Shown here piece after piece: positions 46,061 through 56,404 of a DNA stretch of 64,000 nucleotides. The notes below the pieces were generated by a model. The model did no database searches. It had not been told where the DNA came from and saw nothing but the letters and a program-made list of their open reading frames with translations. The position numbers were made by a program, and so were the translations under genes. Location: assembly GCA_041659325.1 (NCBI GenBank), contig JBAZYN010000001.1, positions 3,098-67,097 on the forward strand, written 5' to 3'. Position 1 is the stretch's first letter; every line of letters starts with the position of its first letter. This DNA comes from Candidatus Shapirobacteria bacterium. GTDB taxonomy: Bacteria; Patescibacteriota; Microgenomatia; UBA12405.

Positions 46061-47740
46061 ATGCCATCGCAAGTCTTTACCATAAAAATTGCCGCTCCGG
46101 CCGGGCTTGGGGTCAAGTCCGGCGGCCAGCTTCTATCAAAAGCGTTGGTCGCTCATGGATTTAACATCAAAGACTACAATGAATATCCGTCGTTGGTTCG
46201 GGGTGGCCACAATACTTATCAGGTCAGCGCTTGTATTGACAAAATCTATGCTCCCCATTTTTCCGTTGACCTCTTTTTCTCCGTCCAAAGCGGCCATTGG
46301 CAGCCACATGTAGACGAATTTCACGATGATTCCTTGATCTTTGGGGACGAACCATTTGAGAATACTTCCACCAAAGGTCATTATATTAATCTCCCCATTA
46401 AAGAACTATCTACTTCGGTAGGAAACAATTTGGTGGGCAATACTATTTGTTTGGGAGTGGCGGCTTTTCTTTTAGGTCTCAGTACAGAGATTGCAAAAAA
46501 TAGTATTACGAGTCAATACGGCAAAAACGCGGAGATAAATCATCAGGCTTTTAATGTCGGTTACACTTACGCCAAAAACAATTACTCCCAATTTGTTCAA
46601 AAATTAAATTTACCAAAGGTAGATAATAAAAATGGTCTAATCTGCGACGGCAACGAATCACTCGGATGGGGTTTTCTACAATCAGGCGGGAATTTTTATG
46701 CTGCTTATCCCATGACTCCGGCCACAGGGATTTTGCATTTTCTGGCCGAAAAACAAAAAGATTATAAGCTGACTGTACTTCATCCCGAAGATGAGATTGC
46801 CGTTGCCAATATTGGAGCCGGTGCCGCCTTTGCCGGTGCCCGTGTTGCAGTTGGAACATCGGGTGGGGGATTCGTCCTTATGGATGAAGCCATCAGTTTT
46901 TGCGGCATTGCGGAAATTGGCATGGTTTATTATTTGGTTTCCCGCCCGGGCCCGGCTACTGGTTTGCCCACCTGGACTGCTCAGGGCGATTTGCTCCATG
47001 CCATTTATGCCGGTCATGGCGAATTTCCAAAAATTGTTTTAGCCCCGGGAAGCCATCAGGAATGTTTTGATTTTTCTGCCCTGGCTTTGAACCTTGCCGC
47101 TCAACTACAAACGCCGATTATCGTCCTAAGCGACAAATATCTTGGTGAGTCCTGTAGCAATGTCGCTGATTTTTCAAAATCAAAGGTAGCTATAGAAGAG
47201 GGTTCTGTCGTCAAAGCTCCGGACAATAACTTTCGCCGATATTCCCTAAAAACCCAAAGTGGAGTTTCCCCATTAACCCTTCCGGGTACGGTCAACGGTG
47301 AATTTCTAAGCAATAGCTATGAGCACGACGAAAGAGGTTTTTCGACAGAATTACCTGAAATGTCCAAGCAAATGATGGAAAAAAGAATGACAAAACTAAA
47401 AACTGCTCTGGATCTTCTTCCCGGCCCCATGCTTTATGGCAACACAAACGCCAAGAAACTAATAATAAGCTGGGGGTCAACCACACAGCCGGTTCTTGAG
47501 GCTTTAAAGAACTTACCCGATTATGCCTTTTTACAAATCCGCAGTCTTTGGCCGATTGGCCAAGAAGTCTCAAATATTGTCGAAAAATATCAATCTGTCG
47601 CCGTCATTGAAGCCAACCAAACCGGTCAGTTAACCACTCTTTTAAAATCTCAATTTAATTTTCATCCCACCTCTCAAATATTAAAATTTAACGGCCGCCC
47701 CTTTTACCCCGAAGAGATAGCCAAACTTTTAACTTTATGA
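46061..47740 (+). CDS. 2-oxoacid:ferredoxin oxidoreductase, alpha subunit (gamma-alpha fusion)
   Basis: YPSLVRGGHN, YPMTPAT, EDEIA, TSGGG, RPGPATGLPT. Confidence 0.93.
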   Translation: MPSQVFTIKIAAPAGLGVKSGGQLLSKALVAHGFNIKDYNEYPSLVRGGHNTYQVSACIDKIYAPHFSVDLFFSVQSGHWQPHVDEFHDDSLIFGDEPFENTSTKGHYINLPIKELSTSVGNNLVGNTICLGVAAFLLGLSTEIAKNSITSQYGKNAEINHQAFNVGYTYAKNNYSQFVQKLNLPKVDNKNGLICDGNESLGWGFLQSGGNFYAAYPMTPATGILHFLAEKQKDYKLTVLHPEDEIAVANIGAGAAFAGARVAVGTSGGGFVLMDEAISFCGIAEIGMVYYLVSRPGPATGLPTWTAQGDLLHAIYAGHGEFPKIVLAPGSHQECFDFSALALNLAAQLQTPIIVLSDKYLGESCSNVADFSKSKVAIEEGSVVKAPDNNFRRYSLKTQSGVSPLTLPGTVNGEFLSNSYEHDERGFSTELPEMSKQMMEKRMTKLKTALDLLPGPMLYGNTNAKKLIISWGSTTQPVLEALKNLPDYAFLQIRSLWPIGQEVSNIVEKYQSVAVIEANQTGQLTTLLKSQFNFHPTSQILKFNGRPFYPEEIAKLLTL

Positions 47741-48342
47741 ACTTTAAAACAAACATAATCCCCACCTGGTGTCCGGGGTGCAGCAACTACTTACTTTCTT
47801 CGGGAATTCAGCAAACTCTAACAAAGCTTAATGTTTCGACCTCTGACTTGGTTATCGCCTATGATATCGGCTGTGCCGGTAATATGGCTGATTTTATTAA
47901 TTCTTTTGGTGCCCACACCCTTCATGGCCGGTGCATCCCTTTCGCAATCGGTGCAAAAGTTGCCAATCCGTCACTGACCGTTTGTGCGGTTGGGGGTGAC
48001 GGAGGAATATATGGTGAGGGGTTAAATCATTTAATCGCTGCTGCCCGGATGAACATAGACATTACCGTTTTTGTCGCCAATAACCATCTTTATTCATTAA
48101 CCACCGGCCAGACCAGCCCCACTACCGCCAAGGGGACCAAAACTAAATCAACTCCACTTGGTGCTCCCGGCGTTCCACTTGACCCGGTTAAATTAGTCAA
48201 GGCAGTCAACCCGGAAGTTTTTGCCGAAACTGTTGATTCAAAAGATGTTGGTAAACTAAACGAATTAATCGAATCAGCCATGAAGTTCAGGGGGTTCTCC
48301 CTTCTTGATACTGCCCAATTTTGCCTTGCCTTCGGTAAATAG
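47737..48342 (+). CDS. 2-oxoacid:ferredoxin oxidoreductase, beta subunit (short)
   Basis: WCPGC, IGC, LHGR, GGDG..N TPP motif, TGQTSPT. Confidence 0.9.
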   Translation: MNFKTNIIPTWCPGCSNYLLSSGIQQTLTKLNVSTSDLVIAYDIGCAGNMADFINSFGAHTLHGRCIPFAIGAKVANPSLTVCAVGGDGGIYGEGLNHLIAAARMNIDITVFVANNHLYSLTTGQTSPTTAKGTKTKSTPLGAPGVPLDPVKLVKAVNPEVFAETVDSKDVGKLNELIESAMKFRGFSLLDTAQFCLAFGK

Positions 48343-48357
48343 CCAACTACCCGAATC

Positions 48358-49131
48358 CTATTTTATAATTCTTGCCACAATCGCCATAAATAACGGTATT
48401 TCCATCCTCGCCTTGTCTTCAGTTTTTGCCATCCCACCCTCACTTTTTTTATCCGATATCCACTCCTCAATTTTTTCTATTACGAATCCATTGTCCGATA
48501 GCATTTCGCAGTAAGCCGATAGGGGATAGTGAAAAGTATAGGTCAGTTGGTTATTTTTTTTATCAAAGGGGCTACTCTCGATGGGGATTTCCAAGGGCGA
48601 CATATAAGCCTCGATTTTCCGGTACTGGATACCCCTTTCTTTGTCTACCCCCCATCCACTGTGTTGGGGTATTCGGAAAGCCGGATGGTTTAAAACTATG
48701 AAAAAACGTCCATCTTTTTCGAGTAATCTACTGGCGTTTCTTACCACTCTAAAAGCGTGTTTAATGTTTTGTAAAGCCAAAATTATGGCGACGTGGCTAA
48801 AGAAACTATTTAATTTTATCTCCTTTGAAACATCCTCGACAAAATATTTATGGTTAATATTTTTATCAAGCTTCACCGCCTCTTGAATTAAATTCTTTGC
48901 CGCATCCAGCCCGATATATTTTGGCCCAACCGGCAAATACCTGCCCAAAATTCCCTGCCCGCAAGCCAAGTCAATCACCCTATCGTTTGTTTTTAGGTCC
49001 ATCAGCCTCAAAAGGTTTGGCAAAATCACGTGTTGGTGATAATAATGCCCACTTTCCGAAACCAACTCGGAATACCACTTTCCGACTTTCTGCCATGAAG
49101 TATCTTTATTCATAAATGTTATAAAATACAT
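48358..49131 (-). CDS. Class I SAM-dependent methyltransferase
   Basis: VIDLACGQG; NHPAFR; start may be 49113. Confidence 0.88.
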   Translation of the reverse strand: MYFITFMNKDTSWQKVGKWYSELVSESGHYYHQHVILPNLLRLMDLKTNDRVIDLACGQGILGRYLPVGPKYIGLDAAKNLIQEAVKLDKNINHKYFVEDVSKEIKLNSFFSHVAIILALQNIKHAFRVVRNASRLLEKDGRFFIVLNHPAFRIPQHSGWGVDKERGIQYRKIEAYMSPLEIPIESSPFDKKNNQLTYTFHYPLSAYCEMLSDNGFVIEKIEEWISDKKSEGGMAKTEDKARMEIPLFMAIVARIIK

Positions 49132-49156
49132 TAATTATCAACACACATATTTTACT

Positions 49157-49882
49157 ATGAAAGGTTTTATCAGATTTATATTAATCGTTTTAGTTCTTTT
49201 AATCGCTACCCCCATTCTGATTTTAGGCTATCTTGGATTTATTCCAAAATTATCCTCTGTTCTGGGATCCGATAAACCCCGTAACTTAGGAGTTGTCTAT
49301 ACTGATTCCGATCTTAATTCTGTTGTCCAAAAAAACGGGATAGAGATGTCAGAAATGGCCACTTCTTCGGCCGAACCAAAAAATAGTATCAAATATTCCG
49401 GGAGCAAAACTGTCTCCGTTAGCCTTACTTCGGAAGAAATTACTGCATTAAGTAACAGTCCGACCTGGAAATATTACCCCGTCTCAGACATCCAAATAAA
49501 ATTAAACAGTGATGGTTCCGGCGAAGCATCCGGAATCTTAATTCTTGATCGACTCACCGGTTATTTGGGCGCTATTGGTATCTCGCCCGATGTTGCCCAG
49601 ACAGCGGCCGACTATCTAAAAATAAAAGGCAGCACTCCCTTTTATTTCAAAGGTATAGTTTCCGTCCAAAATAACAAAGTATCTCTTGACACTCAAAAAA
49701 TAGAGATAGGTAAACTACCAATCCCTGTCAATTTAGTAAAAGAAAATCAGCATTACTTGGCTCAACTGGCTGAGATCAGAATCGACAGTGTTCCTGGTTT
49801 ATCGGTTAAGTCCTTTAACCTGGTAGGCGGCCGTGTGAATTTTGAAGGTACTTTACCTGAAAAAATTAGCTGGTCCAAATAA
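49157..49882 (+). CDS. Hypothetical membrane-anchored protein
   Basis: N-terminal TM; long ORF heading a same-strand gene run. Confidence 0.72.
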   Translation: MKGFIRFILIVLVLLIATPILILGYLGFIPKLSSVLGSDKPRNLGVVYTDSDLNSVVQKNGIEMSEMATSSAEPKNSIKYSGSKTVSVSLTSEEITALSNSPTWKYYPVSDIQIKLNSDGSGEASGILILDRLTGYLGAIGISPDVAQTAADYLKIKGSTPFYFKGIVSVQNNKVSLDTQKIEIGKLPIPVNLVKENQHYLAQLAEIRIDSVPGLSVKSFNLVGGRVNFEGTLPEKISWSK

Positions 49883-49883
49883 T

Positions 49884-50519
49884 ATGAAGAAAAACATTCC
49901 AATTTTTATTATCGCCCTTTCTTTCTTGTTGGGTTTTTATTTTTACCCCAAGGTTCCTGAACTGGTTGCTACCCACTGGGGAGCCTCCGGCCAGGTCGAT
50001 GGTTATTCCCCAAAGGCATTTGGCCTGTTTTTTATGCCAATTCTTTTAATTGGGCTATATCTGCTTTTTCGTTTCCTGCCATCGACTGATCCCTACAAAA
50101 AAAACTTTAAGCAATTCGAACATCATTTTAACAATTTTGTTGTTATCATCTTTATTTTTTTATTCTACTTATTTTGCCTTACTTTAATTTGGAATTCAGG
50201 TTATCAATTTAATATGGTTCAGTTTCTGGCGCCGGCCTTTGCCCTTCTTTTTTATTACACCGGCGTTTTGACTTCTGTTGCCAAACGTAACTGGTTTGTC
50301 GGCATCCGTACTCCCTGGACCATGAGTAGTGATATCGTTTGGGATAAAACCCATGCTATTGGCGGAAAATTGTTTAAGGCCGTTGGAGTAATATCTCTTG
50401 CCGGTATTCTTTTCCCCGGCTCCGCCGCTCTCCTAATTTTTCTCCCCGTTATTTTTGCCAGTATTTTCGTCTTCGCTTACTCATATTATCTTTATCAAAA
50501 AGAAAACCATGAATCTTAA
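49884..50519 (+). CDS. SdpI-family / DUF1648 membrane protein
   Basis: THWGASGQVDG; NWFVGIRTPWT...WDKTH. Confidence 0.9.
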   Translation: MKKNIPIFIIALSFLLGFYFYPKVPELVATHWGASGQVDGYSPKAFGLFFMPILLIGLYLLFRFLPSTDPYKKNFKQFEHHFNNFVVIIFIFLFYLFCLTLIWNSGYQFNMVQFLAPAFALLFYYTGVLTSVAKRNWFVGIRTPWTMSSDIVWDKTHAIGGKLFKAVGVISLAGILFPGSAALLIFLPVIFASIFVFAYSYYLYQKENHES

Positions 50520-50910
50520 TGATCTAAAAGAATCAATCGAATCGTCGATTTTAGCCCTGGCTACTTCAACTCCCGACGGCCGGCCAAATTGTATTGCCGT
50601 TGCTTGTTGCAAGGTCATTTCAGACAATCAGGTTTTAATCTCTGATAATTTTTTCAATAAAACCCGGCAAAATTTATTAATCAACAGTCAAGTATCTGTT
50701 GCTTTTTGGGATCCAGAGGACAATCCGGCCGGGAATCGTGGTTATCAACTAAAGGGAGTTGCCCAATATTTAACGCAAGGCAAGTGGAAACAAATTGTAG
50801 ACGCAGATCCCGACAATGAAGGTCTTGCCCACAAGGCCGCCGTTTTAGTAACAGTTACAGAAATTTGGGACCTGGCTAATCCAAAATTACTTTTTAAACA
50901 AGAGGTTTAG
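50509..50910 (+). CDS. Pyridoxamine 5'-phosphate oxidase-like FMN-binding protein
   Basis: LATSTPDGRPN; KTRQNLLIN; GYQLKG. Confidence 0.85.
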   Translation: MNLNDLKESIESSILALATSTPDGRPNCIAVACCKVISDNQVLISDNFFNKTRQNLLINSQVSVAFWDPEDNPAGNRGYQLKGVAQYLTQGKWKQIVDADPDNEGLAHKAAVLVTVTEIWDLANPKLLFKQEV

Positions 50911-51873
50911 ATGATTAAACTAGGATCAACTAATATTTCGAAAATTTTCAATCAATCCGGCATGGATGAGTTTGTCCTGAGTCTTGGGTTAACCTCAAAA
51001 AAGGTAATCATCAAACCGAATTGGGTGGACGGTCTGGAAGGTAGCCACACCGAATCAAAAGCCCTTGATATGCTCCTAACATCACTGAATCGTCCCACTG
51101 TCGTCGTCGAGAGCTACACTTTTTGGCGTACCGACAAAGTGTTTCGTAAAGAAGGTGATTATTTTTCTTCTAAAGAGGCCACCATCGAAACCGGAAAAAT
51201 ACACTGGGACTTTTTCAAAAAGCAGGATGAATGGTTTCTTGAAAAAGAAGGTATTGATAAAGTACTAAAAAAACATCAAGCAGAATATTTGAATATCACA
51301 AACGAAGTTTGGTCTGGCGATGTTGTCGATTCAGCAACTATCAAATCTATAGTTGAAGCAAGGTACCCACCCGTAGAATCTAAAGAGTTATATTCCCGTG
51401 TTCCTCAAAAACTTTTTGATCTCCGAGGTTCTAATTTTATTAGTTTTGCTAAAGCCAAAAAAGAACGAGAATACGGAGCCTCTCTGTCTATAAAAAATAA
51501 TTTTGGGCTTATTCCCGATCCACACCGGGGCAAGTATCACGATGGTAATCAACCCGAATCAAAAGTTGCCATTTCTATCTTAGATATCAACAAAATTTAT
51601 CAATCTCTCTTTAAATATCATTTTGTTATCGACGGTATTTACTCTGTCGGCGATATGGATTTTGATACTTTTACTTGTCAAAATTGCCAAAATTGGGGGG
51701 TCATCCTTGGTGGCTCTAATGGTTTAGAAGTTGACCACCTTGGTCTTGCTCTCTTAAATAGCCGGTTCAACGGGCCGATGATTGAAATGGCCAAAAGTTA
51801 TAAATCAATTATTGGTAATTTTGACGAATCAATTCTTGGCCAGATCCCCCCGGAATTAATTATTAAAAATTAA
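50911..51873 (+). CDS. DUF362-like protein
   Basis: VIIKPNWV; SLSIKNNFGLIP; VIDG. Confidence 0.75.
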   Translation: MIKLGSTNISKIFNQSGMDEFVLSLGLTSKKVIIKPNWVDGLEGSHTESKALDMLLTSLNRPTVVVESYTFWRTDKVFRKEGDYFSSKEATIETGKIHWDFFKKQDEWFLEKEGIDKVLKKHQAEYLNITNEVWSGDVVDSATIKSIVEARYPPVESKELYSRVPQKLFDLRGSNFISFAKAKKEREYGASLSIKNNFGLIPDPHRGKYHDGNQPESKVAISILDINKIYQSLFKYHFVIDGIYSVGDMDFDTFTCQNCQNWGVILGGSNGLEVDHLGLALLNSRFNGPMIEMAKSYKSIIGNFDESILGQIPPELIIKN

Positions 51874-51877
51874 ACTA

Positions 51878-52798
51878 ATGAAAATATATCTTCTTTCTCC
51901 TGTTGCTCAGACAATTTTTTCTTCTGACTTTATTGATCAGCTCAAGCCATTTGGTGAAATTATCATCGACAAAGATAGCAAGCCCGTTTCCCAGATCAAA
52001 GATATTACCACTAATGAAGAAAAAATAATTGCCCTCGACCCCGATTTTTGCAGTTGGAAACTAGACAAAACCGACCTAGAGTCAATCCCCAACATCAAAG
52101 CCATTTGCATTCAATCCACCTCATTTAGTTGGATAGATATAGCCTATTGCCAATCGGTTAACATTCCGGTCATTAATATCCGAAATTATTCTACCGAATC
52201 TGTTGCCCAATGGGCCGTCATGATGGCATTAATGGTTGCCCGAAAATTACCTCTTGTCATAAAAAATAATTGGATTGCTGATTTTTCCCTCCACCCCGGT
52301 TTGGAGTTAAAAGACAAAGTTGTTGGGATTATCGGTCTTGGAAATATTGGGAAAAGAATCGCTGAAATTTGTCAAGGTTTTGGCATGAAAGTAATATACT
52401 GGTCAAAAAACTCTGTTGATAGCCGTTTCCAAAAAGTCGAATTGACAGAACTTATGTCTGCGGCAGATGTTATCTTTCCCTGTCTAGCCCAAAATTCTGA
52501 CACCCAAGATATAATTACAGACAACTTAATAATGACCATGAAACCAGTATCAATATTTATAAGCATTGTCCACAAAATTTACAACCATGAACTCTTGCTC
52601 ACTCTGGTTTCTGACAAAAAGATTTACGGTTACGCCTTTGAAGAATCGGAGGGGAATTTTTCAAAATATGACGGTAATATTTTTGCTTCCCCCGAGCTTG
52701 CCTGGTGTACTTCCGAATCCCTGGAACGTAATTTAAAATTTTGGTTGGAAAATATCAAAAATGCAATTAACAATGATTTTTCTAATCGTGTAAATTAA
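51878..52798 (+). CDS. D-2-hydroxyacid dehydrogenase-like NAD-binding protein (atypical active site)
   Basis: YSTESVA; GIIGLGNIG Rossmann motif; SPELAW where TPH is usual. Confidence 0.8.
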   Translation: MKIYLLSPVAQTIFSSDFIDQLKPFGEIIIDKDSKPVSQIKDITTNEEKIIALDPDFCSWKLDKTDLESIPNIKAICIQSTSFSWIDIAYCQSVNIPVINIRNYSTESVAQWAVMMALMVARKLPLVIKNNWIADFSLHPGLELKDKVVGIIGLGNIGKRIAEICQGFGMKVIYWSKNSVDSRFQKVELTELMSAADVIFPCLAQNSDTQDIITDNLIMTMKPVSIFISIVHKIYNHELLLTLVSDKKIYGYAFEESEGNFSKYDGNIFASPELAWCTSESLERNLKFWLENIKNAINNDFSNRVN

Positions 52799-52801
52799 CC
52801 T

Positions 52802-54265
52802 ATGCACACCAAAAAATTCACCATCATCCACTCAAACGACATGCATGGGGATTTTCTGGCTGAAGTACAGGGAAAAGAGGGGACCACCATTGGTGGCCTG
52901 GCCCTTCTTTCGGGTTATTTAAACAAAGTCAGGTCCGAAGAAAAAAACGTTTTGTATGTTATATCGGGGGATATGGTTCAGGGGTCGTTAATCGATACCG
53001 AATACAAGGGGATTTCCACCATGGAAATTATGAATTATCTTTCCCCTGACGTCGTCGCTCTGGGTAACCACGAGTTCGACTATGGCCTTCCGCACCTTCT
53101 TTTCTTGGAAAAAATGGCCAATTTCCCAATAGTAAATGCCAATCTTTATATCAAAAACTACAACAAGCGCCTGATGAATCCTTATGTAATTCTTAAAAAA
53201 GCCGGATTTCAAATTTTGTTTACCGGTATTATTACCGAAAAGGTAATCGATTCTATTTCCCAGGACAAACTTATTGGCTCCTTTGTCACTCTGGAAGACG
53301 CCTCCAAAGAAGTCGGCAAAATCAGTAACGCCTACAAAAATGATGACATCGACCTTACCATCCTGTTGACTCATATCGGTATCGAATCCGACAAGCAATT
53401 GGCCGGCCTAATAGATCCAAGTTGGGGAGTAGACATAATAATCGGGGGGCACTCTCACACAATTTTGGAAAAACCGGAAAAAATAAACAATATTCTGATT
53501 ACTCAAGCCGGGACTTCTACCAATCAAGTCGGTCGTTTTGACATTACGGTCGACGACGATACAAATTCAATTGTTGACTACAAATGGCAAATGGTCGACA
53601 TTACCTCTGATATCGCTTCGCCCGACCATAAACTTTTAGAGTTTATAGAATCTTTTAAAAACGAAGTCGATTCCAAATATAGTGCCATTATTACCAAGTT
53701 TTCTCAGAAACTTGTCCACCCGGAAAGAACGATTGAAACTCCTCTCGGCAACTTAATCGCTGATATTTTTGCCCAAAATGCCCAGTGCGATGTTATGTTT
53801 TGCGGTAGCGGTGCCGTCAGGTCAAAAGAACTGGGTCCGATTGTCACCTTAAGCGACATTATCAGTTGTTTCCCTTACAACGATTCCATTACCCGATATA
53901 CTATTCAGGGCAGTAAATTAAAAAGAATCTTTTCGCATACAATGAGAATTGAAAACCGCGACGGAGAAGGCGAATGTTATCAGGTTAGTCGTGGTATACA
54001 GGCTACTTACGATGACGGAAATAAGAAACTTGCTTCGCTTACATATAACGGCATACCGGTCGATGATCACAAAACCTACACTATTGCCATGAGTAGCTAT
54101 ACTTTTAATGGTTGTAGTAAATTTCTAAATATTTCGCCCGACGAGATGCTTCAAGATGGCCCGTCAAAAGTAGTTACCACTTCATCGCAGGATGTCCTTA
54201 TCGAGTATCTTCGGTCAAATCAAAATCAGGATTCAAAAATCGAAGGCCGGCTGATTTACAAATAA
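52802..54265 (+). CDS. Bifunctional metallophosphatase / 5'-nucleotidase (no signal peptide seen)
   Basis: HSNDMHG, SGD, GNHEFD, LTHIG, GGHSH. Confidence 0.92.
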   Translation: MHTKKFTIIHSNDMHGDFLAEVQGKEGTTIGGLALLSGYLNKVRSEEKNVLYVISGDMVQGSLIDTEYKGISTMEIMNYLSPDVVALGNHEFDYGLPHLLFLEKMANFPIVNANLYIKNYNKRLMNPYVILKKAGFQILFTGIITEKVIDSISQDKLIGSFVTLEDASKEVGKISNAYKNDDIDLTILLTHIGIESDKQLAGLIDPSWGVDIIIGGHSHTILEKPEKINNILITQAGTSTNQVGRFDITVDDDTNSIVDYKWQMVDITSDIASPDHKLLEFIESFKNEVDSKYSAIITKFSQKLVHPERTIETPLGNLIADIFAQNAQCDVMFCGSGAVRSKELGPIVTLSDIISCFPYNDSITRYTIQGSKLKRIFSHTMRIENRDGEGECYQVSRGIQATYDDGNKKLASLTYNGIPVDDHKTYTIAMSSYTFNGCSKFLNISPDEMLQDGPSKVVTTSSQDVLIEYLRSNQNQDSKIEGRLIYK

Positions 54266-54286
54266 AAAAGTCGTATAATCAGCCCA

Positions 54287-55045
54287 ATGGTGATTATCAA
54301 AACACCCGGGCAAATCATAGGGATCAGACTCTCTAGCCGGTTGGCAGCAGAGACTCTTAACTATCTGGCCGATTTTTTAAAGCCCGGAATTACTACCGGG
54401 GAACTCAACACCTTGGCCCACGACTTTATTCTGTCAAAAGGAGCCATTCCGGCTCCGCTTAATTACAACGGGTTTCCCAAAAGCATTTGTACCTCTGTCA
54501 ACAACGTCGTTTGTCATGGTATTCCTTCAGACACAACTGTTTTAAAAAATGGTGATTTAATCAATCTCGACATCACTACCATCCTAAACGGTTTTTATGG
54601 TGATGTCTCCGCTTCTTATCCGATAGGTCGAGTCTCCCCTCTGGCAACCAAATTATTGCAAGTCACACGGCAATCGCTTGATCTTGCCATAAAATGTTTA
54701 AAGCCGGGACGCTACCTAAACGATTGTATCGGCAAAATAATTGAGCCGTTTGTAAAAAAACACGGTTTCAGCGTTGTTAGGGATTTGGGTGGTCATGGAA
54801 TTGGTTTAAACTTCCACGAAGACCCCTTTGTATTCCACTTTGATACCCACAAAAATGACGTCATTCTAAAACCTGGAATGGTTTTTACCATTGAACCCAT
54901 GGTAAATGCTTCTCCAGAATGGCGGATCACCGTCGACAAAAACGACGGATGGACCATTCGTACTGCCGATGGCTCCTTGTCTTGTCAGTTCGAACACACC
55001 ATTTTAATTACTCCGAATGGTTCGGAAGTATTAACTAAGTTATAA
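54287..55045 (+). CDS. map: Methionine aminopeptidase, type I
   Basis: CTSVN..VCHGIP, DIT, GD, GHGIG..FHEDP, TIEPM, FEHT. Confidence 0.97.
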   Translation: MVIIKTPGQIIGIRLSSRLAAETLNYLADFLKPGITTGELNTLAHDFILSKGAIPAPLNYNGFPKSICTSVNNVVCHGIPSDTTVLKNGDLINLDITTILNGFYGDVSASYPIGRVSPLATKLLQVTRQSLDLAIKCLKPGRYLNDCIGKIIEPFVKKHGFSVVRDLGGHGIGLNFHEDPFVFHFDTHKNDVILKPGMVFTIEPMVNASPEWRITVDKNDGWTIRTADGSLSCQFEHTILITPNGSEVLTKL

Positions 55046-55051
55046 TAAATC

Positions 55052-55891
55052 ATGACCATCCTCGACGGCAAAGCTACTTCTGATAAAATTCTTCGTCACC
55101 TAAAGTCAGAAATTCCAAAATTACAAATTTCACCCTGTTTAGACATAATTCTTATTGGCAAAAATTTGTCTAGCATTAAATATGTGAAAATGAAAGAAAA
55201 AAAAGCCAAAGAGATTGGTATCAATACCAGACTATTTTCTTTTGTCGGTCAAGTCAGCACTCAGGAAATTATTGAAAAAATCAAAAAACTCAATCTTGAT
55301 CCGACATCATCAGGCATTATGGTTCAGCTTCCGCTACCACCGGAATTAGATACCTCACAGATTTTAAACTCCATCGACCCCACCAAAGATGTCGACGGCC
55401 TAACCGCCACCAATCTTGGACTTTTATTTCAAAGAAACCTCTCCGCCATCGCTTCCGCCACCCCGCTTGGTGTTATAAAACTGTTGGAAGAATATAAAAT
55501 TCAAATAAGCGGTAAGAACGCCGTTGTTATTGGTCGTAGTTCAGAAGTGGGTCTTCCGCTTGTGGCCTTATTAATGGCCCAAAATGCCACTGTCACCCTT
55601 TGTCATAGTTTCACCACAGATCTGAAATCAGTATGTAAAAACGCGGATATCTTAATCTCTGCTATCGGCAAGGGTGGATTTATTACCTCCGAATATGTCA
55701 AAAAAGGCGCTGTTGTGGTTGATATTGGGCTAAGCCCAGACGTTCAAACCGGCAAACTAATCGGGGATATCGATTTTGAAAGTGTGGCTACTGTTGCCGG
55801 ATATATAACCCCGGTTCCCGGAGGTGTCGGGCCGATGACAGTTGCATCACTTCTCTGGAATCTCATAAAAGTTGCGTCAACAAATGGGTAA
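55052..55891 (+). CDS. folD: Methylenetetrahydrofolate dehydrogenase/cyclohydrolase
   Basis: YVKMK, VQLPLP, KDVDG, GRS..VG.P, TPVPGGVGPMT. Confidence 0.96.
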   Translation: MTILDGKATSDKILRHLKSEIPKLQISPCLDIILIGKNLSSIKYVKMKEKKAKEIGINTRLFSFVGQVSTQEIIEKIKKLNLDPTSSGIMVQLPLPPELDTSQILNSIDPTKDVDGLTATNLGLLFQRNLSAIASATPLGVIKLLEEYKIQISGKNAVVIGRSSEVGLPLVALLMAQNATVTLCHSFTTDLKSVCKNADILISAIGKGGFITSEYVKKGAVVVDIGLSPDVQTGKLIGDIDFESVATVAGYITPVPGGVGPMTVASLLWNLIKVASTNG

Positions 55892-56105
55892 TAGAGATAC
55901 AGAACGTTTTCGCATGTCGTTAGCAGAACTTCATCAACTTCCGGTAGCACAAAGACTGACCAATATAAAACAACTTGACGGAACTATCATTGCCGCAAAT
56001 GCTCTTGGGAGGCTGTCCAACACGGAGTTTGCTAAATTACAGTTGAGACTACAGGTCGAGGCGTCAGAAGCCAACTTACTCTTGTGGCAGCAAGATGACA
56101 TCTGA
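55884..56105 (+). CDS. Hypothetical protein
   Basis: ORF overlapping the folD stop. Confidence 0.45.
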   Translation: MGNRDTERFRMSLAELHQLPVAQRLTNIKQLDGTIIAANALGRLSNTEFAKLQLRLQVEASEANLLLWQQDDI

Positions 56106-56126
56106 CGTTATTTGTTAAAATAAATC

Positions 56127-56369
56127 ATGCGAATCCAACTTTTTGATCGCGGTAGCCCCAGAGGCAAACAACTTTTTACCAATTTAGCAGCTTTGTGTAA
56201 ACGTCTCCAAATTGATTATGATCCGGAATATATCAAAGACATGAGCCGCATCTATAGCCAAGGCATCCAGGGAAGCACAGTTCTTATGATTGATAATGAA
56301 GTTGCTTTCGTCGACAAATACCCGTCAATCAAGGAATTAGAGAATATTATTTCTGATTTTATGAAGTAA
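56127..56369 (+). CDS. Thioredoxin-fold (MTH895-like) protein lacking CxxC
   Basis: MRIQL..GSPRGKQL...VLMIDNEV...PSIKEL follows the small redox-disulfide protein pattern. Confidence 0.7.
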   Translation: MRIQLFDRGSPRGKQLFTNLAALCKRLQIDYDPEYIKDMSRIYSQGIQGSTVLMIDNEVAFVDKYPSIKELENIISDFMK

Positions 56370-56404
56370 GTCTCCCTTGTCAAAGGGAGATTTAGAGGGA
56401 TTTT
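56368..56404 (-). repeat. REP-like hairpin / terminator supplying the tatD stop
   Basis: aagtctccctt-gtca-aagggagattt-agagggatttt between convergent genes. Confidence 0.55.
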
